This document shows positions 18,347-27,471 of a DNA stretch of 55,008 nt, in pieces. Below the pieces are notes generated by a model, which ran no database searches, was not told where the DNA came from, and saw nothing but the letters and a program-made list of their open reading frames with translations. The translations under genes and the position numbers were made by a program. The stretch comes from a virus (Duplodnaviria; Heunggongvirae; Uroviricota; Caudoviricetes). Where the stretch lies: IMG/VR virus record IMGVR_UViG_3300045988_134234, positions 1 to 55,008 of that record. One strand, 5' to 3'. How positions within the stretch are numbered: the stretch's first letter is position 1; every line of letters starts with the position of its first letter.

Positions 18347-18366
18347 TACTGTATGAATAAACAGTG
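18347..18366. promoter_or_regulatory. LexA (SOS) box-like site CTGT-N8-ACAG
   Basis: taCTGTatgaataaACAGtg about 20 nt upstream of the humD-like start. Confidence 0.5.
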
Positions 18367-18384
18367 TTATTGAGGTAAAACGCT

Positions 18385-18774
18385 ATGGGCTTCCCTTCTC
18401 CTGCTGCGGATTATGCAGAGAGCCGTATTTCTCTTGATCAGCAACTAATCAGACATCCTTCCGCGACCTACTTCATGCGGGCGGCAGACAGCCATCACCG
18501 TGAGGGAATATTGCAAGGTGCTTTGCTGGTGGTTGATTCCTCACTTACTCCGGTTGATGGTTCACTGCTTATATGCGCTATGGAGGGGGAATATCGCGTA
18601 AAAAGATACCGGAAGTATCCGCGCCAGCACCTGGAGGATTTAAGCACCGGGAAGAAAGAGGCGTTACCAGTAGATGACGATGGTTACACGGGTAGTAATG
18701 CTGTTTTTGGTGTGATCACTCATGTCATCAATGATGCCCGAAGTGGGGAGTTTGATGATTGTCCGGTCATTTAA
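18385..18774 (+). CDS. humD: UmuD-like protein (P1 HumD-like)
   Basis: [32 protein letters not shown] matches recalled UmuD ([32 protein letters not shown]); C-terminal FGVITHVI. Confidence 0.8.
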   Translation: [129 protein letters not shown]

Positions 18775-18846
18775 GCTGCAAAGTGCTGGTGCTTTATGCC
18801 TGTGAAGTTTATGATTGCGTACACATAACGAGTACACGAGGTGTTT

Positions 18847-19068
18847 ATGCAATCCATTAACTTCCGTACCGCGCGTGGCAACCTTTCTGAAGTGCTCAAC
18901 AATGTTGAAGCCGGGGAAGAGGTTGAAATCACCCGCAGAGGCCGTGAGCCAGCAGTAATTGTCAGCAAGGCTACTTTCGAAGCCTACAAAAAAGCGGCGC
19001 TGGATGCTGAATTTGCATCCCTGTTTGACACCCTGGACTCCACCAACAAGGAACTGGTTAACCGATAA
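18847..19068 (+). CDS. phd: Phd antitoxin
   Basis: [39 protein letters not shown]... matches recalled P1 Phd; ATG at Met3 of ORF 18841..19068. Confidence 0.9.
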   Translation: MQSINFRTARGNLSEVLNNVEAGEEVEITRRGREPAVIVSKATFEAYKKAALDAEFASLFDTLDSTNKELVNR

Positions 19069-19448
19069 TGAGGCATATATCACCGGAAGAACTTATTTCG
19101 CTTCATGATGCGAATATAAACCGCTACGGCGGCCTGCCGGGAATGTCAGATCCGGGTAGGGCTGAGGCCATTATCGGGAGAGTTCAGGCCAGAGTTGCCT
19201 ACGAAGAGATCACCGACCTTTTCGAAGTCTCCGCCACCTACCTGGTGGCTACAGCGAGAGGGCATATATTCAATGATGCCAATAAGCGTACCGCGCTAAA
19301 CAGTGCGCTGCTATTTCTACGCCGTAACGGTATACAGGTATATGATTCTCCCGTGCTGGTGGAACTTGCGGTGGGGGCTGCAACTGGTGAAATCCCCGTA
19401 TCTTCAGTAGCGGAAAAACTACGTGAACTATATGGTTCCAATATTTGA
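19068..19448 (+). CDS. doc: Doc toxin (Fic-fold)
   Basis: Fic-type [11 protein letters not shown] motif; 126 aa; translationally coupled to phd. Confidence 0.9.
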   Translation: MRHISPEELISLHDANINRYGGLPGMSDPGRAEAIIGRVQARVAYEEITDLFEVSATYLVATARGHIFNDANKRTALNSALLFLRRNGIQVYDSPVLVELAVGAATGEIPVSSVAEKLRELYGSNI

Positions 19449-19452
19449 AAAG

Positions 19453-19478
19453 AAGCCCGCTCAACCAAGCGGGCTTCC
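19453..19478. terminator. hairpin terminator between convergent doc and TerL-like genes
   Basis: GAAGCCCGC-loop-GCGGGCTTC; T4 on minus strand. Confidence 0.5.
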
Positions 19479-19483
19479 TACTA

Positions 19484-20590
19484 TCACTCAATGATTTTTT
19501 CTGCTGTCAGCCAGCTAACTTCTTGCCTGTCTTTCGGCGGTTTTAGCATGTGGGCGTATTCAGCGACATTCTCCCACGGAATTGTTTTTGCCCACTCAAC
19601 GATAGCATTGTGATCTGCAGTGAAGAGTGGAATGGTGTGCGATTTCAACCACTCTAATGTTGTAACGCCATGTTTTTTGGCGTGGTGCTGTGCATGATGC
19701 CGGGCTATCACTAGTAATGGCATTGTCCATTCACTACCATCATGCATCGTAAAGCGCATTGTTTTCGGCATATCTGATTCAAGAACAGCCTCCCGAATAC
19801 CAGGGAACTCACCAAGAACCATACGACGGTAGTAATCGCTATTTTTACCACCATATATTTCTGCAATGTTATCAAGATAACCTTGAGAAATAATGGGGGT
19901 ATCTTCTGCGTTCAACTTGATGGCTGTATAAATACCACATGGATTTTCTTCAGATTTTGCACGACCATGATGGGAATCGTAAAAGTGTCCATGCTCCTCC
20001 TCTGAAGGAGCGGACATTAAAAGTATACGTGAATCGTCACTTACTAACGATGCTCTTAACATGCTGAATAGCCGATCGCCAGCAAGAGCCGCCTCCGTAA
20101 CAATGATTAAAAGATGTTCAGCATAATATCCACCGAAACCTTCCTCATAATTTCGGTGATATGGCTTAATTTCGCAGCCCCAATATTCCCGGTAACGATG
20201 AGTGATGCCGTTTCCGTCGACTTTAAAATATTCTCCCAGCAATGGGATTCTGTTACTGACTCTATCCCAATACGTACTTATGTATTGGATAACTTGCCTG
20301 CGACAATTATAGAACTTTGGGGAAACAATGACCGTTTTAGACTCAGGCATCAGGATTGTATAAAGAATACTAATTATAGCCATAACCGTCTTTTGGCCTA
20401 TCCCTTCAGGAGTGGTGACGCTGACTGCTGAACCTTTTTGTTGAATCGCCTCAACAATTAGCTTTTGCTGGTGGGTTAACTTAACACCCATCAACTCTTC
20501 TGCTGCTAATGCCCAGTCATGGCTATATTTGCTTACCAGCTCTCTCCACTCTGGTAATTCGGTGATGTTTTTAGGCGTCAGCATCAGCAT
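19484..20590 (-). CDS. truncated terminase-large-subunit ATPase-domain paralog with degenerate Walker motifs
   Basis: Aligns by eye to N-terminal half of window TerL 25963..27471 (HQQKLIVEAIQQKGSAVSVTT vs HQQQQIIQSVQETGSRTTVTS; YYAEHLLIIVTEAA vs EHAEHLLLILDEAS; HFYDSHHGRAKSEENP vs YFYESHHSRAKAEGNP); Walker A GHGTGKS replaced by PEGIGQK, Walker B DE by TE; no nuclease domain. Confidence 0.65.
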   Translation of the reverse strand: MLMLTPKNITELPEWRELVSKYSHDWALAAEELMGVKLTHQQKLIVEAIQQKGSAVSVTTPEGIGQKTVMAIISILYTILMPESKTVIVSPKFYNCRRQVIQYISTYWDRVSNRIPLLGEYFKVDGNGITHRYREYWGCEIKPYHRNYEEGFGGYYAEHLLIIVTEAALAGDRLFSMLRASLVSDDSRILLMSAPSEEEHGHFYDSHHGRAKSEENPCGIYTAIKLNAEDTPIISQGYLDNIAEIYGGKNSDYYRRMVLGEFPGIREAVLESDMPKTMRFTMHDGSEWTMPLLVIARHHAQHHAKKHGVTTLEWLKSHTIPLFTADHNAIVEWAKTIPWENVAEYAHMLKPPKDRQEVSWLTAEKIIE

Positions 20591-21377
20591 CCTCCGCTAC
20601 CTCTGCTTCCACATCTGCCGCGACTTCATCGGACTGTTCTTCTTTGGCCTGTTCTGCAATCGCCGCACGGCATTTCGCCCTGGCTGTGGCGATAGCCTCA
20701 ACTTTCACGTCATTAGGAATACTTGAGGTGACATACATATCCAGTTCTTCAGCACGGAATACTGTTTTGCCCAAGAATTCATCAAGCATCCAGGTTAAGG
20801 AAAAGTCGCAGGAAATCAGGTCTACTTCGCCTTCCGCGCCGTTTGGGAAATGGATAAACATCTGCTTGCCCAGGCCAAGCACGCGACAAGCTGCCATCAT
20901 TACTGCAAGTTCCAGGTCTTTGTTTTCACCTGCTACTGGTTGATCCACACCAGTAATAGTGCCGTTCAAATGGATATTATATGGCTGATATTTAGAGATG
21001 CGTTCTACACGCCATGTGCCGGTTAAGGTTCCCTGGCGGAAGATTATTGGCGTGACCGAAAGCGACAGCTCTCGAATGAGTTGTTGCGCTATGGCTGGGT
21101 CATACAGGGGATCTAACGCGATGCATCCATAAGACTGCGCCAGTTCAAACAATTCTTCCTGTGTGCACTGAATGCCTCTTGCCGTAATAAAACGTCTGAC
21201 TCCCGTTTTTCCGTCACGCCAGATAGCAATGCCATTCTCACTATCTAGCTCTTCGTCTAAGCCCAGGTATGTAAGGATGGTTCGCTCAATGGTGGCAAAG
21301 GGCAGGGACATATCATCGTTTACATCCACCAGCAGGCCGTTACGCAGGCGATATTGAATGTTCTTGGTATTTTCCAC
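20571..21377 (-). CDS. hypothetical protein with acidic C-terminal tail
   Basis: 268 aa; C-terminus EEQSDEVAADVEAEVAEDADADA; overlaps start of TerL-like gene. Confidence 0.5.
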   Translation of the reverse strand: MENTKNIQYRLRNGLLVDVNDDMSLPFATIERTILTYLGLDEELDSENGIAIWRDGKTGVRRFITARGIQCTQEELFELAQSYGCIALDPLYDPAIAQQLIRELSLSVTPIIFRQGTLTGTWRVERISKYQPYNIHLNGTITGVDQPVAGENKDLELAVMMAACRVLGLGKQMFIHFPNGAEGEVDLISCDFSLTWMLDEFLGKTVFRAEELDMYVTSSIPNDVKVEAIATARAKCRAAIAEQAKEEQSDEVAADVEAEVAEDADADA

Positions 21378-21383
21378 GTTAAA

Positions 21384-22070
21384 TCACTCCACAACAAACC
21401 AGTCACAGGCCAGCAGGTCGCCAACTGAAGGCACCCACGGAACAACTACACCTTGTGCATTTTTCAAAGCGAAATGCGTACCATAAGGAGCAAGAGGAGA
21501 GTCGAAATTGATTTCAAGCTCTCCATTGATGGCATGTTTTATAGGGGTTAGTCTTGAAGCGCCCTGTTTGTCTGGAACCAGCCAGCAGAATTGGTTTTCG
21601 CCGTTCCACCCGCGCCGGGCAACTTTCTTGCCATCCTTCAGCCACATCAGCGCGTCAGAAAAGTCGGCTGCTTCAAGGTCGATTTCTTCTTGTAGAGTAG
21701 CGATACCGCCAGCAGAAATAGTTACGTCCCTGGCTGTAATGAATGTCACCCCATTGTGACCTTCAATGCTGAGCGATACCCCATTTTCGGAGGCGTCGTT
21801 AACCCGGCTATAGCATTTTTCAAATGCTTTCTCTGGCACATAGACCAGATAGCCATTTTCAGCAGTGACGAGATATCCTCCTATTTGCGGTCGGAATTTT
21901 TCCAAGAACACACCATCAACACGAAGCGTCATTCCTTTTGGCTCCACGACTTCGATACTGCCAAAAATGGGCGCATAAGCTTCGCCGACAATAACAATAT
22001 CTTTGATTTTCGATGCCCGAATGATGCTGTGGCTTTTGTATTTGGGGAACACCTGAAAAGTGCTGGCCAT
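21384..22070 (-). CDS. two-domain protein with C-terminal DUF2829 (Tad2-like) domain
   Basis: C-terminal ALMWLKDGKKVARRGWNGENQFCWLV...VVPWVPSVGDLLACDWFVV resembles recalled DUF2829 signature (GKKV.R.GWNG...VPW....DLLA.DW). Confidence 0.4.
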   Translation of the reverse strand: MASTFQVFPKYKSHSIIRASKIKDIVIVGEAYAPIFGSIEVVEPKGMTLRVDGVFLEKFRPQIGGYLVTAENGYLVYVPEKAFEKCYSRVNDASENGVSLSIEGHNGVTFITARDVTISAGGIATLQEEIDLEAADFSDALMWLKDGKKVARRGWNGENQFCWLVPDKQGASRLTPIKHAINGELEINFDSPLAPYGTHFALKNAQGVVVPWVPSVGDLLACDWFVVE

Positions 22071-22084
22071 AATCTTTCCTCTAC

Positions 22085-22579
22085 TTAAAACTTTTCGTAC
22101 TGAAGCGGTGTACGCTTGATTTCAATGCGGTCTTCCGATGTGCTACCAAAGCCACCAGCACCTCGCTCTGTTTCATCGAGTTCATCAACTTCTACCAGCG
22201 ATACCGGTTCAACACGCTCAAAAATGCCTTGCATGACCGTCATTCCTGGCTTGAGGCAAACGCCTTCACCACCGGGATCTGTAATCAGTTTTGCTTTGAT
22301 TTCACCGCGATAATCGGAGTCGATAATTCCTACGCAGTTAGCCAGGCGCGTATGCTTTTTGCAGCCCAATCCGGAACGAGGATAAAGTTTCAGACACCAG
22401 CCAGGAGGGATCGCCATAGCGAGGCCGGTATGCACCCACCAGCTTGAGGAAATAGCGCCGTTGCTATTGATACCTGGCGTTATTTCAACAGCAATAAAAT
22501 CCATCGCCGCCGATCCGGCGGTGGCGTAAACGGGGAGTTTTGCCGCCGGATGAAGGCGTTTCACTTTCACGTTAATCAT
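22085..22579 (-). CDS. dut: dUTP diphosphatase (trimeric dUTPase)
   Basis: YATAGSAAMD, PRSGLG, GIIDSDYRGEI, RGAGGFGSTS motifs. Confidence 0.85.
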   Translation of the reverse strand: MINVKVKRLHPAAKLPVYATAGSAAMDFIAVEITPGINSNGAISSSWWVHTGLAMAIPPGWCLKLYPRSGLGCKKHTRLANCVGIIDSDYRGEIKAKLITDPGGEGVCLKPGMTVMQGIFERVEPVSLVEVDELDETERGAGGFGSTSEDRIEIKRTPLQYEKF

Positions 22580-23064
22580 TGCTTTTTAGCTCTCCGGGTA
22601 AATGTATAAATCCGGCGTTTGATATGCGGAGCGGTCGGGACGGAGACGCAGGTATTCTCGATAACACCTTGTTCCTCCAGCGATCGCACAGCACGCAAGA
22701 ACTGTGATGCATCGCCACCGCCAGACAGCCAAAATTTGCGGGCATAGACGCTGCCATTACGGATAATTTCTGCGATCACCCGCGCTTGCGTCTGGCTTTC
22801 TCGATAGCCAAAGAGTTCTCTTGCCTCTCCTTGTGGGATAGCCAACTGATAGCCTTTCCCGCTACGGTGACGGACAAAACCGTGAGCAATGAGGTTCTTC
22901 AGCTCATTTCGGGTGCGGATACACCCGTACTCAGGGAACTGTGTGTTGATATCACCAGGCTTATGCCATTCATCAGGACTATCAGCCAGGAGGGACAGAA
23001 GTTTCCCTGACAGCTCAGGATTAGTGGTTGGATAGCAGTTCAGGGATGGGTAGTAAGTTTTCAT
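22576..23064 (-). CDS. hypothetical protein (162 aa)
   Basis: ORF; start overlaps upstream stop. Confidence 0.45.
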   Translation of the reverse strand: MKTYYPSLNCYPTTNPELSGKLLSLLADSPDEWHKPGDINTQFPEYGCIRTRNELKNLIAHGFVRHRSGKGYQLAIPQGEARELFGYRESQTQARVIAEIIRNGSVYARKFWLSGGGDASQFLRAVRSLEEQGVIENTCVSVPTAPHIKRRIYTFTRRAKKQ

Positions 23065-23405
23065 TTGCGCCCCCTTGCCGGATAGCGCCCGGCATTTGCA
23101 TCAGGGGCAATGAAGCCGCTGGTGGGGCGAGTGAAAACATGGTTAATTTTCTCGGTCATAGCGCGATAATTTTCCTGATAGTGGGCCAGGAGTTTTTCAG
23201 CAGCAATGACGGTTACTTTCCGGACGTAGCGTTCAGCTTCCTCCAGATTTCGCCAGTTTTTTTCGAGGGTAAACACGGGAACGGCATCAAGTCCGGTCAT
23301 AACACCGAACACCACGACCGCCTGGTCGCGCTTAACGCCCGCAGTGAAGGTTATGGTGTAACCGTCAACAGTGAAGCGTTTTGATTCCGTAATACGATTG
23401 TGCAA
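23061..23405 (-). CDS. hypothetical protein (114 aa), first gene downstream of cre
   Basis: ORF; operator-like motif upstream. Confidence 0.45.
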   Translation of the reverse strand: MHNRITESKRFTVDGYTITFTAGVKRDQAVVVFGVMTGLDAVPVFTLEKNWRNLEEAERYVRKVTVIAAEKLLAHYQENYRAMTEKINHVFTRPTSGFIAPDANAGRYPARGRK

Positions 23406-23462
23406 AGTACCCTCCGCAATAGGCGAGGGTACTTTACATTAAAATGCACTGTCTAAAAAGGT

Positions 23463-23484
23463 TGTTAGAAAATTAATTTATGAG
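23463..23484. promoter_or_regulatory. operator-like motif TGTTAGAAAATTAATTTATGAG
   Basis: Overlaps 3' end of cre-like gene, upstream of 23405 operon. Confidence 0.4.
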
Positions 23485-24506
23485 TCCATCAGGCGACTAT
23501 TTGCACCAACGGATGCCCCGCTACGGCGCAAATATCGCATAAGTGTTTCGGGCTTTTTCCATGTGCCTTCCTGCATGATCTCGACCATTGACACCTGTTT
23601 CTCAGCCATATCAATTGCCGCACCAACACGCGCACTATGACCTGTCCACGTCCGGTATCTTCCTTTGTTCGGCGTTGCATCTCGTTTGTTCAGCAACCCC
23701 CAGGCATCGCTGAATATTTTCTCCATTGCAGGTGCAGTAAGGGGAGTTGTCGTGATTCTGGCCTTATTACTGCGGTGTATTGGCGGGAATAGCACCGCGT
23801 CCGGATGTTGACGAAGTCCGGACACCTCCAGCCAGTCGTTCAGTACGGCGGTAGTGCAACGAGAAAGCACCTTATCAAGTCCGGCGGCGGTCGTGATGGT
23901 CTTCGTGTGTGAAATATGCAGCGTTACAGTGTCACCTGTTTGGTCCAGATCTCCGACGCGGATGCGCGAGATTTCTGACATACGCATCAGGGTATTGTAT
24001 GCCACGAAGAGAAACGCCCGATTGCGCAGGTCCACCAGCCGCTCGGAACGGGACAGCAATACGTCGAGCAATTTCAGATCATCCCACCGCAACGGTATAG
24101 CCTGGCCTGTTCGCTCGCCTTTTTCCGTTGCCGCTTCGCGTCGGATGCGCCGCATGGCCAGAGACACACTTTTATCGTCCGACAGTGGCGGGAGGCCACA
24201 TTGCGAAAGCAGCATGTTAAGCATGGCATAGTGCTTATCAATGGTGGTCGAAGCCAGATCGGCCTCATGCAACTGGAGAAGATACTCGCGGGCCATTTCC
24301 GGCGTAATCGGGAACCAGGGGCGCTGGCGCGAATTACACCACCGCGCCCAGGAATGAAACACCAGACGGAGATCACGAAGTGTATTTGGGGCATAAGCTC
24401 CCTGGTCGTTCATGAACTGCATAAAGTTTTTTGCAGCTTCCTGGTATTCGGTGCCAATATCGCGCAGAAAACCACCAGAACCGCCGGAGATAACTAGTTC
24501 ACCCAT
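23478..24506 (-). CDS. cre: Cre-like tyrosine site-specific recombinase
   Basis: 342 aa; colinear with recalled P1 Cre (HSWARWC/RSWAAWC, KHYAMLNML, VSLAMRRIRRE, AYNTLMRMSEISRIRV, GHSARVGAAIDMA, W...Y near C-terminus). Confidence 0.85.
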   Translation of the reverse strand: MGELVISGGSGGFLRDIGTEYQEAAKNFMQFMNDQGAYAPNTLRDLRLVFHSWARWCNSRQRPWFPITPEMAREYLLQLHEADLASTTIDKHYAMLNMLLSQCGLPPLSDDKSVSLAMRRIRREAATEKGERTGQAIPLRWDDLKLLDVLLSRSERLVDLRNRAFLFVAYNTLMRMSEISRIRVGDLDQTGDTVTLHISHTKTITTAAGLDKVLSRCTTAVLNDWLEVSGLRQHPDAVLFPPIHRSNKARITTTPLTAPAMEKIFSDAWGLLNKRDATPNKGRYRTWTGHSARVGAAIDMAEKQVSMVEIMQEGTWKKPETLMRYLRRSGASVGANSRLMDS

Positions 24507-24657
24507 GAAACTATTAAACCTCTATATACAGATAACGCTACGTGAAAAATAGAAAACTGACAGGGTAGTTATAAGTTAATTTTCAAAATTCAAGCCTTTG
24601 ATTCGAGGCATGATTTTTCATCCTTGTCAATACTACCTGTTTACTGGAGATTATAGC

Positions 24658-24691
24658 CTAACTTTAAATAATGCCAATTATTTAAAGTTAG
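24658..24691. other. lox-like recombination site (13-bp inverted arms, 8-bp spacer)
   Basis: CTAACTTTAAATA-ATGCCAAT-TATTTAAAGTTAG; arms resemble loxP arm ATAACTTCGTATA; about 150 bp upstream of cre-like start. Confidence 0.6.
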
Positions 24692-24771
24692 AAATCGGGA
24701 CTTTTTTCCCAAAAAAAACACCGACCAGATCACTTCGCAAATCCGTCAGCCATGCGGTAGCCGTTCCTGGT

Positions 24772-24786
24772 TACATTTTCTAATAG
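24772..24786. promoter_or_regulatory. operator-like motif (ACATTTTCTAATAGG)
   Basis: Inverted relative to the 24860 copy, upstream of candidate repressor gene. Confidence 0.4.
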
Positions 24787-24859
24787 GAACAATCAAAAAA
24801 AAGCGGTTTTATCCTTTACTCACCTTGTTATTCAGCATAAATTTGTCACAGGACTTTTA

Positions 24860-24875
24860 TGTTAGAAAACTAAAT
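24860..24875. promoter_or_regulatory. operator-like motif TGTTAGAAAACTAAAT about 12 nt upstream of the 24888 ATG
   Basis: Motif immediately precedes RBS/start of the 345-aa gene. Confidence 0.45.
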
Positions 24876-24887
24876 CGAGTAGGAATA

Positions 24888-25925
24888 ATGAGTAAGAAGT
24901 CGATCGAGAATGAGTACAAACGGTTCCTGCAAACCGCTGAACGGTGGAAAGAGCTGGTGGTCGCAAACTCTGTTTTCCATGATACCAGTTATGTTGGCGA
25001 GGAATTTCGCCATGTTGCATTAACACATGATCCGGCTGTATTAGAAGAAGCTGAAAAATGCATAGCCGAATGGAAAGCCTTTGTTGATCTGTGTCGCAAG
25101 GATGATGACAAAGCCTCAAACATTGTTGAGTCGGTTTATTTACCGATCCCATTCATTGTTGAGGATACTAATCAGAGTACGCATATCGTTATGCAAAGCG
25201 CAACCACAACGAGAACATTTACGCGCGAAGACCTGCTGAAAAAATACGATAAAACTATAAAGAAAAGCATGAAAAACAGGATATTTTCACAGGTTGTCGG
25301 TGCGCTTGAAGAAGAACGCAGATTCTTCGCCGCTGAACGTGAGGGCGAGGTATACCGCGCAAGAAAAGAAGGTTATACCGATGTGGTGATTACCACCAAT
25401 ATCGAGGGCAACAATGGACTTTCACGCTTCAGAGTGGGTACGCACGGTGCGCTGATCTTTGCCAGAAAAGCAAACACAGAGATTCCCGTTGTTAACAACG
25501 TTGGTGAGCGCCGCACCCTTACCATTTACACTGGCATTAAACCGCTTCCGTGCGGACTTCTCGGCGAATTTGACCTTTATCGGGTTCGTGATCTGGAAAA
25601 GCAGCAGCCAAGCTATGTCGTGAAGTCATATATCCTGAGAAACATTGATATCCGCAATCAGAGTTTAAAAAACAAATCAGATAAAATGCTGGCCGAAGCC
25701 GATCCAGCCATACACCAGATCGTTAGCCGGAAAATTCAAGAGGCTAAAGATGCAATGGCAAGGCTGGATAAAATGGACCTGGAACTACTGGAAGTTATGA
25801 TTGCCTCCGGCGATGACCTGACAGGCATCCGCCTTACTGAAGCCAGGAAAAAATACGGTAAAAGCGTTGAAGAACGCTATGGGTACACATTCACACAAAC
25901 GATGTACGCGGCAAAACTCTGGTAA
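24888..25925 (+). CDS. hypothetical protein; candidate master repressor by position and operator context
   Basis: Internal ATG (Met22) of ORF 24825..25925 with AGGAA RBS; between lox/cre and terminase, convergent with pacB; no sequence-level family assignment possible. Confidence 0.35.
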   Translation: MSKKSIENEYKRFLQTAERWKELVVANSVFHDTSYVGEEFRHVALTHDPAVLEEAEKCIAEWKAFVDLCRKDDDKASNIVESVYLPIPFIVEDTNQSTHIVMQSATTTRTFTREDLLKKYDKTIKKSMKNRIFSQVVGALEEERRFFAAEREGEVYRARKEGYTDVVITTNIEGNNGLSRFRVGTHGALIFARKANTEIPVVNNVGERRTLTIYTGIKPLPCGLLGEFDLYRVRDLEKQQPSYVVKSYILRNIDIRNQSLKNKSDKMLAEADPAIHQIVSRKIQEAKDAMARLDKMDLELLEVMIASGDDLTGIRLTEARKKYGKSVEERYGYTFTQTMYAAKLW

Positions 25926-25942
25926 TCGCAAACCACCCACAA

Positions 25943-25964
25943 GCCCCGAATCGCCGGGGCTTTT
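25943..25964 (+). terminator. rho-independent terminator
   Basis: GCCCCG-aatcgc-CGGGGC followed by TTTT, directly after the 24888..25925 stop. Confidence 0.55.
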
Positions 25965-27471
25965 AAATGTCAATATCAGGAATATCCACTTCTGCCAACA
26001 CCTGATCGCGGAATGTTGCGAGTTCTGCGCCAATGTCTTCATTAGCAGGCACGTAATCCACCAGCATAGTGAAGCAGTAGGTATCCCATCTGTCCGGCGA
26101 CTTGATGTTTAACTTCTGCCGCATGTGCTCCTTGCGCATCATCGCTACCTTCCCTTCTTCGTTAAGCATATACGGGATTTTTGATGCCTGATCTGCGGTT
26201 TTGGGGTCACTATCGATACGCATACGCCCGGATTTAATGGCATCCCCTGCCATAATATTGGCGTAAGCACGCTGATTGACAAAGCGTTCTCTGTCTCTTA
26301 GCGCAAACATAGGCTTACCCCAACGGATGCGAACGGGATTAGCACCACGGCGGACAAGCTGCGCACACGTATCTGAACCAAAGCCATCAGCATCCACAGC
26401 AATGGTGATGTTCGGGTATTTATCAGGAGTGCATTCGTTATAGATAAAGTCGGCAAAAGCCAACGGGTCCATAGTGCCTGACATCTCCAGTATCTTAAAG
26501 TTCACAACGCGTCGTTTCTCACGATAACCGGATACTTTGCATATATTGAGCACCGATTTGTCGCGACCATTACCGACGTCAGCGGTCGCTACCCAGCCCC
26601 AATCTTTCTCCAGCAACACTTTACGCCGTGCGGCGCGGTCGCACTCATCACGACCAAGCAAATACCCGTTAATTGCACGCGGGAACTGGCCCAGCACCTT
26701 AACCATGTACTCCAGCGAATCCCTGCCGCCGTACTCCAGCAATTTCTCACGAATAAAGCTCGGTTCAACGAATGGTGATTCTTCAGAGTTAAGGACTATT
26801 GCCGTCCAGACACCTTCCGGATTGCCTTCTGCCTTTGCCCTTGAATGGTGAGATTCATAAAAGTAACCGCTTGGACGCGTAGGCTGGGAAAGCATGAGCA
26901 TACGGTTATCTTTCTGCGTTAACGCCCCCGTCATGACGTTAATCGCCTTATCGGATATGCCCGATGCTTCATCAAGGATTAGCAGTAAATGCTCCGCGTG
27001 CTCCCCCGCCAGTGCCTCTTCGTTACCGAGTCGATAACCTTTACAGAGCACTTCCCATATCCCTTTACGGGAACGCTCATAAAACATGGTGTCAGACAGG
27101 ACAAAATAGGTCTGTAACCAGCCGTGGCGCTTAACAGCATTCGCCCAAAACTGTTTCACGTATTTGAATACGCCTGTTTTTACCTGGCCTATTTTGTTCG
27201 CAACAATAATGACGCGGGCGTCGGGGAACAGGATCATAAAAATTAGTAGCAACATCGCGGTAAGGGACGACTTACCCGTTCCGTGTCCGGACGTAACGGT
27301 CGTCCTGCTCCCCGTCTCCTGCACTGACTGAATGATCTGCTGCTGCTGGTGGGAGGGGAACATCCCAAAAATATCGACAACCGCTTGGGTAAAGTTGTAT
27401 CGATACCTGATAACCATATCGCGCCAACGTGGATCACTGGTGACGCACTTAATCTTACGACCACCAGCCAT
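25963..27471 (-). CDS. pacB: terminase large subunit (PacB-like)
   Basis: Walker A VTSGHGTGKSS, Walker B LLLILDEAS; C-terminal nuclease-type region; 502 aa. Confidence 0.85.
   Translation of the reverse strand: MAGGRKIKCVTSDPRWRDMVIRYRYNFTQAVVDIFGMFPSHQQQQIIQSVQETGSRTTVTSGHGTGKSSLTAMLLLIFMILFPDARVIIVANKIGQVKTGVFKYVKQFWANAVKRHGWLQTYFVLSDTMFYERSRKGIWEVLCKGYRLGNEEALAGEHAEHLLLILDEASGISDKAINVMTGALTQKDNRMLMLSQPTRPSGYFYESHHSRAKAEGNPEGVWTAIVLNSEESPFVEPSFIREKLLEYGGRDSLEYMVKVLGQFPRAINGYLLGRDECDRAARRKVLLEKDWGWVATADVGNGRDKSVLNICKVSGYREKRRVVNFKILEMSGTMDPLAFADFIYNECTPDKYPNITIAVDADGFGSDTCAQLVRRGANPVRIRWGKPMFALRDRERFVNQRAYANIMAGDAIKSGRMRIDSDPKTADQASKIPYMLNEEGKVAMMRKEHMRQKLNIKSPDRWDTYCFTMLVDYVPANEDIGAELATFRDQVLAEVDIPDIDI

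Noticed and set aside
23478-24506. Chromosomal integrase with flanking attL/attR
   Set aside because: The recombinase is Cre-like with an adjacent lox-like palindrome; no tRNA-overlapping att core or host flank is evident, so it is more likely a plasmid-resolution type system.
24825-25925. Direct identification of this gene as P1 C1 repressor by sequence
   Set aside because: I cannot align it to my recollection of C1; only position and operator context support a repressor role, so it is reported as a hypothesis.
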